Origin: an uncultured virus (IMG/VR IMGVR_UViG_3300020166_000012)
Lineage: Duplodnaviria; Heunggongvirae; Uroviricota; Caudoviricetes
Reading direction: 5' to 3' (one strand)
Virus record (IMG/VR): IMGVR_UViG_3300020166_000012
DNA: 64,000 nucleotides
Numbering within the stretch: the stretch's first letter is position 1; the number at the start of each line of letters is the position of its first letter. The notes beneath the pieces were generated by a model. The model had not been told where the DNA came from and searched no databases. It worked only from the letters and a program-made list of their open reading frames with translations. Position numbers and translations under genes: made by a program. Positions 40,157 through 49,843 of the stretch are shown here, in pieces.

Positions 40157-40446
40157 TTCATTAATTCTTTTATAATAGCTAAGGCTTTCTTACCATCAGG
40201 ATGGTTTGGATTTATACTTACTTCATCACCGTTCATAAAATCAGATATATTTGCTGATTTACCTAATGCTGTAATTGCTTTATGTAATGGATCTCTTTTA
40301 TCATATTTAGTTTCAAAATTAGGTTTACCCCGCAATTCAACCCAACTTTTTTCTTTAGTGTCTCTCATTTTTAAAGTATCCTGGCCTATGCCACGAATCA
40401 ATTTAACCATAACACCTTCAGAAATATATGTTTTAAATTTTAGCAT
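40153..40446 (-). CDS. putative internal head protein
   Basis: Reassigned start MLKFKTYISE. Confidence 0.65.
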   Translation of the reverse strand: MLKFKTYISEGVMVKLIRGIGQDTLKMRDTKEKSWVELRGKPNFETKYDKRDPLHKAITALGKSANISDFMNGDEVSINPNHPDGKKALAIIKELMK

Positions 40447-40448
40447 TG

Positions 40449-40754
40449 CTAAATACCCGGTTCTATTATTTTTAAAATTAAAGTGCCGTCGCTGGGACAA
40501 CCCGTAGGAGGTTTGCCCTTTATTAACCTATGATATTCCATTTTTTTTATTTGAAATGTTGTACCTTCTTCCATCATATGAGGAAGAGTATTTTCCATTT
40601 GGAATAACCAACCAGCACTATTATGTACAACAAGAACTAATCTATCTTTTTTATCCCTATGCCAATGTAAATCGCCGCCTTCACAATCATATGCAAAAGT
40701 TCTAAACCATACATTTTCTTCAACAGTTGGGATATCGAAATAAGGAGCTACCAA
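40449..40754 (-). CDS. cupin-like protein
   Basis: LHWHRD...W.FQ...EYHRLIKG; probable TTG start. Confidence 0.6.
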   Translation of the reverse strand: MVAPYFDIPTVEENVWFRTFAYDCEGGDLHWHRDKKDRLVLVVHNSAGWLFQMENTLPHMMEEGTTFQIKKMEYHRLIKGKPPTGCPSDGTLILKIIEPGI

Positions 40755-41284
40755 AAGAAATTTCCACCCCCGCTTAATCCCAGCTGATCGGCATAATATG
40801 GTAATCGACATGCCCAATAACCAGCAGTCATTTTATCGGTTTTTGTATCACATTGATGTCTAGCAGCAAAAGACTTACGAGCTGCCGGATCATCAATTTT
40901 TGCTTTCAATCCTGTGGTATCACCCCATGAAATTTTTTTAATCTTATCAGTTTTAGGATCTTTAACATAAACATAATATTTTTTTGGGCCGCCACGCTTT
41001 GGTTTATTTAATGGCATATCCTGCTCTTTTTCTTCGAGCATTGGTGAATCTAAGGGCACATGCTGATGATTATAAAAAGCAAATTCCCCAATATCGGTTT
41101 GTTCAATCATAAATAAATCGCGGCCAGATAACTCAATATTACCTTCAGCATATTGCTTTCGGGCATCTCTGAAAACTTTATAATAAGATTCTGAGCCAAC
41201 TCTATATAACTCACCAAGAGAAATATTATTTTCTACAACATACGTTAAATTAGTGTCATTTACAAAGTTTTTAAATTTAATCAT
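40748..41284 (-). CDS. putative internal head protein
   Basis: MIKFKNFV start; KKYYVYVK...ARKSFAARHQC...GYWAC. Confidence 0.7.
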   Translation of the reverse strand: MIKFKNFVNDTNLTYVVENNISLGELYRVGSESYYKVFRDARKQYAEGNIELSGRDLFMIEQTDIGEFAFYNHQHVPLDSPMLEEKEQDMPLNKPKRGGPKKYYVYVKDPKTDKIKKISWGDTTGLKAKIDDPAARKSFAARHQCDTKTDKMTAGYWACRLPYYADQLGLSGGGNFFW

Positions 41285-41285
41285 T

Positions 41286-41768
41286 TTATATTAATCCCTT
41301 TGAATCCATAACTAAATATCCTATACCGCCAAATACTCCGATACAAGCAAACATTAATATTAATATAGCTAAAGTATTTAATAAATTTTTACGCATTTCG
41401 GCCTGGCGATATACAGTTTCTTGCCTTTGTTTTGCTATCTTACGACGCATGCGAATTAATTCATCCCAGGCATTTGCTCCATATCTAAACATTAGCATTG
41501 TTCTTAATTCTTTTTCTTGTTCAATTATTTTCTTTTCTTGAATAAGCAATGCTAAAGCTTCTTCTTCAATAGATCCGCTAGCAAATAGCCGTTTAAAAAT
41601 TGGCGGATTTTTTGCTTGTTCTTTTGCAAATCTAAAATCATTTACTGCGCTATACCACTTACCTAATTGCTGAGCAGTATCTTCAAATTCCCTACCAGCC
41701 GCAACCATTCGAGTTACTACATTATATGCAGAGGTAGCCATAGTTATTGCTGATATTGGATCTATCAT
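41286..41768 (-). CDS. membrane-anchored hypothetical protein
   Basis: MIDPISA start, C-terminal TM. Confidence 0.75.
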   Translation of the reverse strand: MIDPISAITMATSAYNVVTRMVAAGREFEDTAQQLGKWYSAVNDFRFAKEQAKNPPIFKRLFASGSIEEEALALLIQEKKIIEQEKELRTMLMFRYGANAWDELIRMRRKIAKQRQETVYRQAEMRKNLLNTLAILILMFACIGVFGGIGYLVMDSKGLI

Positions 41769-42019
41769 TATTCGGTTTCTTTTTTATCTAAAACTGCATA
41801 CATGTCTTTAGCTTTTTCATGAAACCCGCTTAATTTATTTTGCATCCATTCCGGAAATTTTTTATTATTTTGAATATGTTCAGCTACTTCTTTGCCTACA
41901 TATTGAATAAATTCTGCTTGTTGCATAGCCATACCGGCTTCATCTGGGGAAGCCGGTTTATCATCTTCTGGCGCTTCTGTAATAATGCGGAATTCTCTTA
42001 ATTGGGTAAAGGATTTCAT
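41768..42019 (-). CDS. putative internal head protein
   Basis: MKSFTQLRE; PEWMQNKL. Confidence 0.65.
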   Translation of the reverse strand: MKSFTQLREFRIITEAPEDDKPASPDEAGMAMQQAEFIQYVGKEVAEHIQNNKKFPEWMQNKLSGFHEKAKDMYAVLDKKETE

Positions 42020-42020
42020 T

Positions 42021-44879
42021 TTATTTTACCTTACTCATTGCAAAATCCATCATTTTCATAAACCTGGTTTCGTCTTTGTTAATTGCGTCAGCAAACTTTT
42101 TCTTGTTTGCATCGTTCAACGAGTCATGCACCTTTACCATTGCAGATGCAGTGAACATATCAACTTTTGTCTTTGAACCAGAAGCAAATTTAACAGCTCC
42201 GGCCGACTTTGTGTTTACGATTTTACGAAGATCATCGATAACGCCTTCTGATACAACTTCTACATAATCTTTATTACTAGGTAATTTGCCTTTATTAAGA
42301 CCATTTTTAGCTTTATGTTTATCAAATGTGGGTTTAATACCACGCTTTTTAGCATTCTTTTCAGCTTTATCGATATCAACCATATGCTTAGCATAACCCT
42401 TCTTAAACATTTTAGGGTCAGATTTTTTATGTTCATCGTCATTTTTTGATTGCTTTTTATTACGCCAATCAATAAATTTTTTGCCGGACATTGCTGCGGC
42501 CCGATCACTGGAGGTATATTTACCGCCAAATAGACCTTTATTATCTTTGTATTTAGCACTGGTACCAGCAGCCTCTTCTAGCGGATTAGTAAAGCTATCG
42601 GCCTTTAAGCGGCCAATAATACGTCCACCCCCATCTGTAACAATAAAATCGCCGTTATCAGCAATACGAGAAGTTGTTCCGGCTTTTGCTCTTTTACCAC
42701 CAAGAGCCTTTGTCATTAGGGCCTTTACTGCTCTTTCTTTTACGCCTTCATCAAGTTCAATTTCTTCATTACGTATATTTTTCTGAAATGCTTTGTATTC
42801 TTTGCGGCGGTCTGCGTCTTTATCTAATAAAGAAAGAATTTTTTCACGTGGCTCTGTGTCTAAGTCATCGACAAACTTCTTCAGTTGTGCTGTTTGACCT
42901 TTCTTCATCATCATAGCAGCTTTTATAAAGTCCATCTTATCAATGCCGCCATGTTTACGGGCATAATCTTCAAGTTCTTTTGCAACACGTGACATTGTAG
43001 CTTCATCAAGATTCGATTCTCTTATTGAGGCTTTGTACAATTCTAAACCTTTAGAATATGCTGGGTTTTTCATCATTCGCTTTGACTCAGCATCATCTGG
43101 ATTTTGATGAGCCATGCGAACTGTTGGTTCGTCTAATTTATTGGCTTTCATATGCTTTTTATATGCATCAAACTTTTTAGAATCTACTGCTGGACCAAAT
43201 CTGTTTCTCATCGGCGTGGTTGTTTCATTAACAGATTCAGCAAGCTTCCAACCCTTTGCAAGATATTCTTTTTGTTTAGTCTTATCAATAACAATAGTTT
43301 TGCCGGCTTTATCTACAACCATGACTTCGGTTTTAGGATTTTTTAACTGCCGAGCCTCCTCAACAGATTCGGTAAATTCAACTGGAACAAGGATGGATCC
43401 TTTAGACCCACCATTAACCATCATCATTTCATCACCTTTACGAGCAATTTTAAAATCTTTGTGAATTTTTTTAAAGTTAGCTTTTGAAATATAAACTTTA
43501 TTATTTTTTACTTCATAATCGCGATCCCGTAAAACGGCTTCGTCAAGCGATTCAAATTGCATAGTATGTTGGCCACTGCCACGAACCTTTTCGGCTGCGG
43601 CTTTAGATGAATATGGGGCACCTTGATTAACAAATTTGCCACCAGAAAACTTTTGAACCTGAAACCCGGATTTTGCTTTAGCGCCGGCTCTGTTATCAGG
43701 GTGGGCATTCGACAAATCTATAATACGGATTTGACCGGTTTTAGCTTCAGAAATAGCCTCATCGCCCTTATCGGTTTCGCTGTTTATATTTTGTTTAAAT
43801 TTATTCCAATTATAATCGCGGATAATTTTTAAGATTGCATCTCTATTACTAGAACGCTTGTCAATATATTTACCAACAATGACATCAATAGACATTTTGG
43901 CTTCAAGATCTTTAATAATCTTTTTAGCTGGTAATTTAGCTTCATCTACATATTCAATACCTTCTTTCATATCGATAAGACTTGCACCTAAATCGCCAAT
44001 AGCAAAGGTAATTTTACCGTCCTTTTTTCTACGTAAGAAAGATTTAACACCACCAGATTTTGCTTGAAGAGTAATTTTTTCTTGTTCGGAAGGCTTACCT
44101 TTTAAAACGGTTGTTTTTGATAAAACTTTATATTCGACAAAATCTCCACCTTTAGATAACGTTGAATCAAATTTAATTTTTACATTATCATTTTTCTTTA
44201 ACTTATCGAAAATAGCAGAATGTTTGTCGGTCATTTCAGTTAATCCTTTAATTTGTGTAATTTCTGTGGTAGCTTCTGCCATTGCAGGCTTTTCAATCAT
44301 ATACATTTGTACAGATTCCGTTGGAACAATTCCACCACTTTTCCATACTTTTGGGGCAATAAGAACTCGCGGTCCTCTTAATTCTTTTACAATATAATCC
44401 ATTTTAGCTTCGGCTGGTCCGTCAGCGTATTTCTTTTTTAAACGAACAGTATCACCTTTTTTAATTTCGGTTTTTGCTTCATAAGCTGGGCCACGCTTTG
44501 GTGATCCTGGATTTGGCTGTTTTAAATTTTTACGAAGTGCTGCAAGATCATTTTTAAGCTTGCTTATCTTAAAAGATTTCATAACATTTGAATTGCCAGA
44601 TTTTGTTATAGCATTTTTTGTTAATTGCATAGACTCTTCGGTATTTTCTTTACGTGACATAGATTTATCCATTTTATCGGCCGCGGAATTGAATAGTTTA
44701 GTATAAGTTTTTTCATTTTCGGCGGCCGAAGGCATTGCCATCATAACATCATCATTAACAAGATCCCAATTAATTGAACCATCTTTATTATAATTAGCCT
44801 TATCTTTTAAAGACTTTTTTATGTGTTTTTCAATATTAGATTTATTAAGAGAAGCCTCTTGCAAATTACGATTTTCCAT
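42021..44879 (-). CDS. 952-aa modular polyprotein-like late protein
   Basis: GAGG RBS before MENRNLQE; basic modules separated by acidic xxE linkers. Confidence 0.8.
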   Translation of the reverse strand: MENRNLQEASLNKSNIEKHIKKSLKDKANYNKDGSINWDLVNDDVMMAMPSAAENEKTYTKLFNSAADKMDKSMSRKENTEESMQLTKNAITKSGNSNVMKSFKISKLKNDLAALRKNLKQPNPGSPKRGPAYEAKTEIKKGDTVRLKKKYADGPAEAKMDYIVKELRGPRVLIAPKVWKSGGIVPTESVQMYMIEKPAMAEATTEITQIKGLTEMTDKHSAIFDKLKKNDNVKIKFDSTLSKGGDFVEYKVLSKTTVLKGKPSEQEKITLQAKSGGVKSFLRRKKDGKITFAIGDLGASLIDMKEGIEYVDEAKLPAKKIIKDLEAKMSIDVIVGKYIDKRSSNRDAILKIIRDYNWNKFKQNINSETDKGDEAISEAKTGQIRIIDLSNAHPDNRAGAKAKSGFQVQKFSGGKFVNQGAPYSSKAAAEKVRGSGQHTMQFESLDEAVLRDRDYEVKNNKVYISKANFKKIHKDFKIARKGDEMMMVNGGSKGSILVPVEFTESVEEARQLKNPKTEVMVVDKAGKTIVIDKTKQKEYLAKGWKLAESVNETTTPMRNRFGPAVDSKKFDAYKKHMKANKLDEPTVRMAHQNPDDAESKRMMKNPAYSKGLELYKASIRESNLDEATMSRVAKELEDYARKHGGIDKMDFIKAAMMMKKGQTAQLKKFVDDLDTEPREKILSLLDKDADRRKEYKAFQKNIRNEEIELDEGVKERAVKALMTKALGGKRAKAGTTSRIADNGDFIVTDGGGRIIGRLKADSFTNPLEEAAGTSAKYKDNKGLFGGKYTSSDRAAAMSGKKFIDWRNKKQSKNDDEHKKSDPKMFKKGYAKHMVDIDKAEKNAKKRGIKPTFDKHKAKNGLNKGKLPSNKDYVEVVSEGVIDDLRKIVNTKSAGAVKFASGSKTKVDMFTASAMVKVHDSLNDANKKKFADAINKDETRFMKMMDFAMSKVK

Positions 44880-45357
44880 TGTAACCTCTACCGATTGATT
44901 TACGGAATTGTTTAACACCAACTCTATCAGACATGTCTTGGCCCTTTTCACGCTTACGAATAGTTTCTTTTTCTTTTGAAATTTCAGGATTGCCGCGAAG
45001 AAGTTTAGCTGTTGCAGTATTACGAGCCTTATCACTTTTCATTTTAGCTTTTTTTCTATAGCTATCCAATGCGCCTGGACGATCTAGAACTTCATCAATA
45101 GTCTCTTCATTCTTGCCTCTTACTTTATCCGCTAAATCTTTATCGGCTTTGCCCCATGTGCCCGGAGATTTTGTAGTAAACGAATTAACCCTAGCAAATC
45201 CCCATTGTTCAGGAGTGGTTCCAGGTCTATGACCGGTTTTCCAAGCCGCTACACCGCGGTTATATACACTACGTAAAACACTTAATGGCATTCCAGATTT
45301 TTCCGCTTTATTTTTAAGTGCTTTAGTATTTTCATTAAATTGTTTAAAAGTTTTCAT
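44866..45357 (-). CDS. putative internal head protein
   Basis: MKTFKQFNE; VYNRG.AAW.TGHRPG...W..ARVNSF. Confidence 0.7.
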   Translation of the reverse strand: MKTFKQFNENTKALKNKAEKSGMPLSVLRSVYNRGVAAWKTGHRPGTTPEQWGFARVNSFTTKSPGTWGKADKDLADKVRGKNEETIDEVLDRPGALDSYRKKAKMKSDKARNTATAKLLRGNPEISKEKETIRKREKGQDMSDRVGVKQFRKSIGRGYNGKS

Positions 45358-46556
45358 GGCTTTGTCGATCTATTTGTTGAACGTGTTTGTAAAGTTCGCG
45401 CGCGATCTCGCATTGCATCAAATTTGATTTTATCTGCTCTTTTTTCTCTATTAATTCTATCATTTACTTTATCAATATAATCAATTTCTTCGTCGGTATC
45501 GCCAAACATTTGTGCAAATCGTTTAGTGTGCTTACTTGGCTTAGTTTTTGCAGTGGCATCGCCTGGTGCTTTTTTATAAGCATCGGGATTATTATCAGCC
45601 TTTTTAGCATTCTTTTTAAAATGTTGGTCTCTAGCAATTTTTGTAGACTTGTTCTTTATTCCAGCAAAATACTTTTTAGGCTGCGCTCCATCACGGTCCG
45701 CAATATCGGGATCTTGGGTAGTAGTTGTTTTTTCTTCAATTTTTTCAATTCTATCAAGCCATTGTCTAGATTTTCCGGATGAAGTTTCAACAATTACATA
45801 ATTTGGGCCAAGTGTTGCAATAATACCAACCTCGCTTGTTTCAGTAATAATAATTTCTTCGCCTATAGAATACAAATCACCCTTTACATATTGCTCTCTA
45901 ATATCAGAAATAGATTCTAATTGAATGTGACGTTTAAATTCGGTTTCTTCTTTTAATCCCATGCCTTTACGCACATCATTAAAAAGTTTTTTTGCATCAG
46001 AATTACTCATTGAAGTAGGAAGACCTTCATAAAATTTTGTGAAATTATTCTCTGCGGCAAATTTACGCTGCTTAGTTCCAGACGCACCGTCTGGCCCATC
46101 GCTATCAGCATCTCGCATACCGGCCGATATTACCTGAACCCCACCATTAAAATTATAAAATCCGTGAGTAGAATCAACTCCATTATATTTATTTAATCTA
46201 ATTTTATATTCATCCACTCTATCACTACCAGCTACCATAATAACTTTACGGAAACCCTGATCATAAAGATAAGCTAATGCAAAAAAAGGATTAATAATTT
46301 TTTTATTAATTAAAATATTGCGGGCATGTTTTGGAAACATTTTTCGCACATGCTTTACCTTGTCCGCATATTTCAAAGGATTATCTTTTTTATCCTGAGA
46401 TTGAGATAAAAAGATTTTATACGGCAAACGGCCAGCGGTTTGCGCTAGTTTATTTAATAATTTACCATGACCAACAGTAGGCGGATTTAATCTACCAAAA
46501 GTAAAATATACTATTTGGTCTTCTTCAATAATATATTGTTTAAAAGAATTAACCAT
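45354..46556 (-). CDS. HxGH-type nucleotidyltransferase (phage 'cytidyltransferase') with C-terminal extension
   Basis: FGRLNPPTVGH, VAGSDR, SGTKQR; CTS-like start. Confidence 0.85.
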   Translation of the reverse strand: MVNSFKQYIIEEDQIVYFTFGRLNPPTVGHGKLLNKLAQTAGRLPYKIFLSQSQDKKDNPLKYADKVKHVRKMFPKHARNILINKKIINPFFALAYLYDQGFRKVIMVAGSDRVDEYKIRLNKYNGVDSTHGFYNFNGGVQVISAGMRDADSDGPDGASGTKQRKFAAENNFTKFYEGLPTSMSNSDAKKLFNDVRKGMGLKEETEFKRHIQLESISDIREQYVKGDLYSIGEEIIITETSEVGIIATLGPNYVIVETSSGKSRQWLDRIEKIEEKTTTTQDPDIADRDGAQPKKYFAGIKNKSTKIARDQHFKKNAKKADNNPDAYKKAPGDATAKTKPSKHTKRFAQMFGDTDEEIDYIDKVNDRINREKRADKIKFDAMRDRARTLQTRSTNRSTKP

Positions 46557-46995
46557 TTTTAGATTGTGCCTTATGCTGTTTTCTATCTTTTTCAGCTTGA
46601 CGCATTTTTGGAAGCAATTTTACAGCAATGCGATCTATTCTTGAGCCCATTTTCTCAAGCCGTTTTTCTAATTCCATTTTACGAGCAACTGACATATCAC
46701 TTTTCGGAATATCTTTTGTAAGTTTTTTAAGAATAATATTACGGGCTGCTTTACGTGCACGTTTTTTTAACACATCTTTATTGGCAGTACGACGTGCGGC
46801 GCGGTTGCGCCCCATTTTTAATTTAGCTTTATTACGTTTCATACTACGGCCGCGAGCTAATCGCTGTTGAATATTGAGAGCCTCATCTGGGCCACCACTA
46901 CCGCCGGTTCTTTTTGTTCTATGTGCTTGATGTTGAACTTCGTCTGGTTCTCCATCACGCATATCTACAACTCTTAGATCTTTAAATCTAATCAT
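46549..46995 (-). CDS. basic hypothetical protein
   Basis: R/K-rich; DE-ALNIQQR. Confidence 0.7.
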   Translation of the reverse strand: MIRFKDLRVVDMRDGEPDEVQHQAHRTKRTGGSGGPDEALNIQQRLARGRSMKRNKAKLKMGRNRAARRTANKDVLKKRARKAARNIILKKLTKDIPKSDMSVARKMELEKRLEKMGSRIDRIAVKLLPKMRQAEKDRKQHKAQSKNG

Positions 46996-48224
46996 TAACT
47001 TCTCCCTGGCTTATCCCATCCTTTAATAATATCTGGCGAAAAGTTGTTGTATGAAAATTCTAATCTATCAACAATCTTTACAGCGTCACTACCCAGTCTA
47101 TCAATTGCTACATAACCTTCTTGACCCGTTGTTTTAAAACCATTTTTAGTTTTTACAAAAGTCTTTACTTTATTTATCCTATCAAGTATATTTATAAGTT
47201 TTAATTTCGCTAAGACAATAACTTTCTGCAATTCGAACATAGTTATCAAATTATTTTTATTATTAGCCGAAAAAAATGATAAAATATCATTCAGTTTATC
47301 TTGTTTGCGCCCCTTACCTTTTTCAGTTTTAAGCTTATCCATTTCTTTTTGGAATTTTGCTTCAATAAATTTAATAAGTGCCGTTACTCTTTTGGCTGGA
47401 TCCGGGGGCATTTGGCCTGCCCGTACATAAGAATTTGAATGTTGCTCTATTAATTGTGTTAAATCAGTATTAGCTTCTAAGGTGCGTAAAACGCCCCCCG
47501 AAATTTTATTAAATAATTTTCCAGCTTGAGTTAAATAGTCATTTACTATATCGGAATCAGACTTATTCATAGTAAGATTTGTCATATCACGAAGCATAGC
47601 ATCTTGCGACCAAACATTTTTTGATTTTTTAAGACGAGAAACATTAACACCATATGAAGCTTTCATAGTTTCAAATGTATTACCTTTATATGTAGTATGC
47701 CAAACAATACCAATTTTAGATGCTAAAATTTCTTTTGATGATACTGTATTAGCTGGTACAGCATAAACAATAGTATTTGGATGGAAGGTGATATATTTTT
47801 CACCAGCAATAGTTTCATTACTAAGATCGCCTGGGCCGTATAAAAAATCGCCCTGAATAACTTCAGTAATTCCCAATTCGGGTAAATATTGTAAGGCTTG
47901 CTTAAGCTTTATAGCTAAATCGCCTGAAGTATCTGCATCTACCTCACCTGGAGTTTTATATACTTTTGGATTTTTATTAAAAATACCCTTTTTAGCAACA
48001 AAAAATTTGCCATCAGCTGGATCAATGCCAGCAAATACTGCTGGTGCTCCATCCCATTTAACAGATATTTTCCCGTCATGTTCGCCCTTTAACATATTAC
48101 GCAATTCGCGCAAAGCCATAATAGCTTGACGAGTACCATTAACACCACCATAAATCACCTTATCTTCAAGGTGTGTCATGTGAGTATTTTTGTTTTCAGC
48201 AATGAAAGATTTAAAGTTTTCCAT
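46995..48224 (-). CDS. ligase-like nucleotidyltransferase-fold protein
   Basis: SVKWDGAP (KxDG), QGD, EGYV, KIVDRLEFS; MENFKSFIAE start. Confidence 0.7.
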   Translation of the reverse strand: MENFKSFIAENKNTHMTHLEDKVIYGGVNGTRQAIMALRELRNMLKGEHDGKISVKWDGAPAVFAGIDPADGKFFVAKKGIFNKNPKVYKTPGEVDADTSGDLAIKLKQALQYLPELGITEVIQGDFLYGPGDLSNETIAGEKYITFHPNTIVYAVPANTVSSKEILASKIGIVWHTTYKGNTFETMKASYGVNVSRLKKSKNVWSQDAMLRDMTNLTMNKSDSDIVNDYLTQAGKLFNKISGGVLRTLEANTDLTQLIEQHSNSYVRAGQMPPDPAKRVTALIKFIEAKFQKEMDKLKTEKGKGRKQDKLNDILSFFSANNKNNLITMFELQKVIVLAKLKLINILDRINKVKTFVKTKNGFKTTGQEGYVAIDRLGSDAVKIVDRLEFSYNNFSPDIIKGWDKPGRS

Positions 48225-48256
48225 ATTTTAAATATTATCCGTATTATAATGTATGT

Positions 48257-49045
48257 TTAATTGTTTATTAGTATAAGATCAAAAGAAGCATTTACTTCTG
48301 TTTGTTGAGCAGCAACAGCATCTACACGAATATCACTTTTTTCTGCAAATACTAATGGTATTGGGTATTCAATAAATGTGTTTTGCCCGCCGGCTGCGAA
48401 ATATGTTCCTTTATTTCGGAAAATTCCGCCATCTTGAAAAGTTCTTTGTCTTAGTGTGTATTTCATAGCCGAATTAGTACTAGCCTTTGATGAACCAAAT
48501 CTTAATGAAAGCATATAAGCAGTTTTACCAGCGGGTACTGTATAAATAGCCATTAAGGTTTGAGCTTCATTTGCAGTAATCTGCGCGGCGGTTGTGGCTC
48601 CAATACTAATAATAACGTTAGCATCATTATTAATATCAACCATATATGCTCTATAAACTCTAAGAAAAGTTTTTACCCCAGTTGAACCAATAGGAATAGT
48701 TTCACTTTGATCATTATAATTTTCATCTAATCCTTGAATAAAAACACTCGCACCAGAATTTTGTGTTGAAACAACAGAAATTACAGATGGAACAGTCGGA
48801 AATACATAAGTACTGCTTCCAGTATTACCGTCCCAAATACTGCCTGCTGTTATATCGCCCGGAGTAGCACCAAATTTATTAATATGATTATAATTAGCAA
48901 TTAAACCGGCTGCAAGTGGAATATTACCAACATTTCCATTGCCGTTAAGTATATTACCATTTTTATCAGCCATCATAATCACTTCATGAATATCATTATT
49001 TCCAGCATGAAGTGGATTTTGTCTACTAACGCTATACTGTGCCAT
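48257..49045 (-). CDS. beta-rich putative virion protein
   Basis: INKFG, IQGLDENY, YTVPAGKTAY. Confidence 0.6.
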   Translation of the reverse strand: MAQYSVSRQNPLHAGNNDIHEVIMMADKNGNILNGNGNVGNIPLAAGLIANYNHINKFGATPGDITAGSIWDGNTGSSTYVFPTVPSVISVVSTQNSGASVFIQGLDENYNDQSETIPIGSTGVKTFLRVYRAYMVDINNDANVIISIGATTAAQITANEAQTLMAIYTVPAGKTAYMLSLRFGSSKASTNSAMKYTLRQRTFQDGGIFRNKGTYFAAGGQNTFIEYPIPLVFAEKSDIRVDAVAAQQTEVNASFDLILINN

Positions 49046-49059
49046 TTATAATTCCCTCT

Positions 49060-49812
49060 TTACATTTTTACCCTAGGTTTAATTGTGCCAGAAGTTATTC
49101 TTTCTAAGATAATATCTTTCTTTTGAACCAGTTTAATTTCAATAAGGTCCCCAAGAGAAAATCCGGCGCCAGTTTTATTAGCTAAAAAAATAATTTTATG
49201 ATTTTTAAAATAATTTTTATAACTTAGATCTACAAATTCATCTTCAAGGTCTTTAAGCTGCGCCGGAAATTGTTTTCTTATTATATCAAGTTGTCCGCTA
49301 TTAACTTCGGATCCACTTCCTAATCCAGCATCTTTTTTTAAATCTTGAATCCCGCGAATAATTTCAGCAATAGAAAATGTTCCCCCAATTTTAAAATTAT
49401 TAACATATTTACCATTAGCCGAATAATCAACAGCTTTAACTTCAAAGCTTCCTGCTGCATCCACAATATCAACTCCGGCCGAAGAGCCTCCACCCAAATG
49501 TCCATTATTCAAAATAAAATATAGCATAACTTCACCGGGTCCTACCCCTTTAATATTATACTTATATAATGCTTCGAAGTTACGGATATCTATATTCCGT
49601 GCAGTTTTAATTGCTTTTTTAAGAGCTGACGCAGTAATTCGATCTATATGAACATCATTGCTATTATTAAATTTTGGAAAAAAATGTAAATGAAAAAGAT
49701 GTTGAATTTCTTTTTTATAAGTCAAAGATTCAAAATCTTTTGCAATTAAATTAAATGAGGTCCGTACCATAGCTCTATTAAGAAACTCGGAATTTAATTG
49801 ACTAGTATCCAT
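49060..49812 (-). CDS. putative PD-(D/E)XK-like protein
   Basis: GPGE...GVDI...FEVK. Confidence 0.5.
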   Translation of the reverse strand: MDTSQLNSEFLNRAMVRTSFNLIAKDFESLTYKKEIQHLFHLHFFPKFNNSNDVHIDRITASALKKAIKTARNIDIRNFEALYKYNIKGVGPGEVMLYFILNNGHLGGGSSAGVDIVDAAGSFEVKAVDYSANGKYVNNFKIGGTFSIAEIIRGIQDLKKDAGLGSGSEVNSGQLDIIRKQFPAQLKDLEDEFVDLSYKNYFKNHKIIFLANKTGAGFSLGDLIEIKLVQKKDIILERITSGTIKPRVKM

Positions 49813-49843
49813 TATTTTTTTCCACTAATAAACTTATTAGTAT

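Noticed and set aside
44880..45035. 52-aa N-terminal extension of the 1004-aa ORF
   Set aside because: It overlaps the upstream gene; the RBS supports the ATG at 44879.
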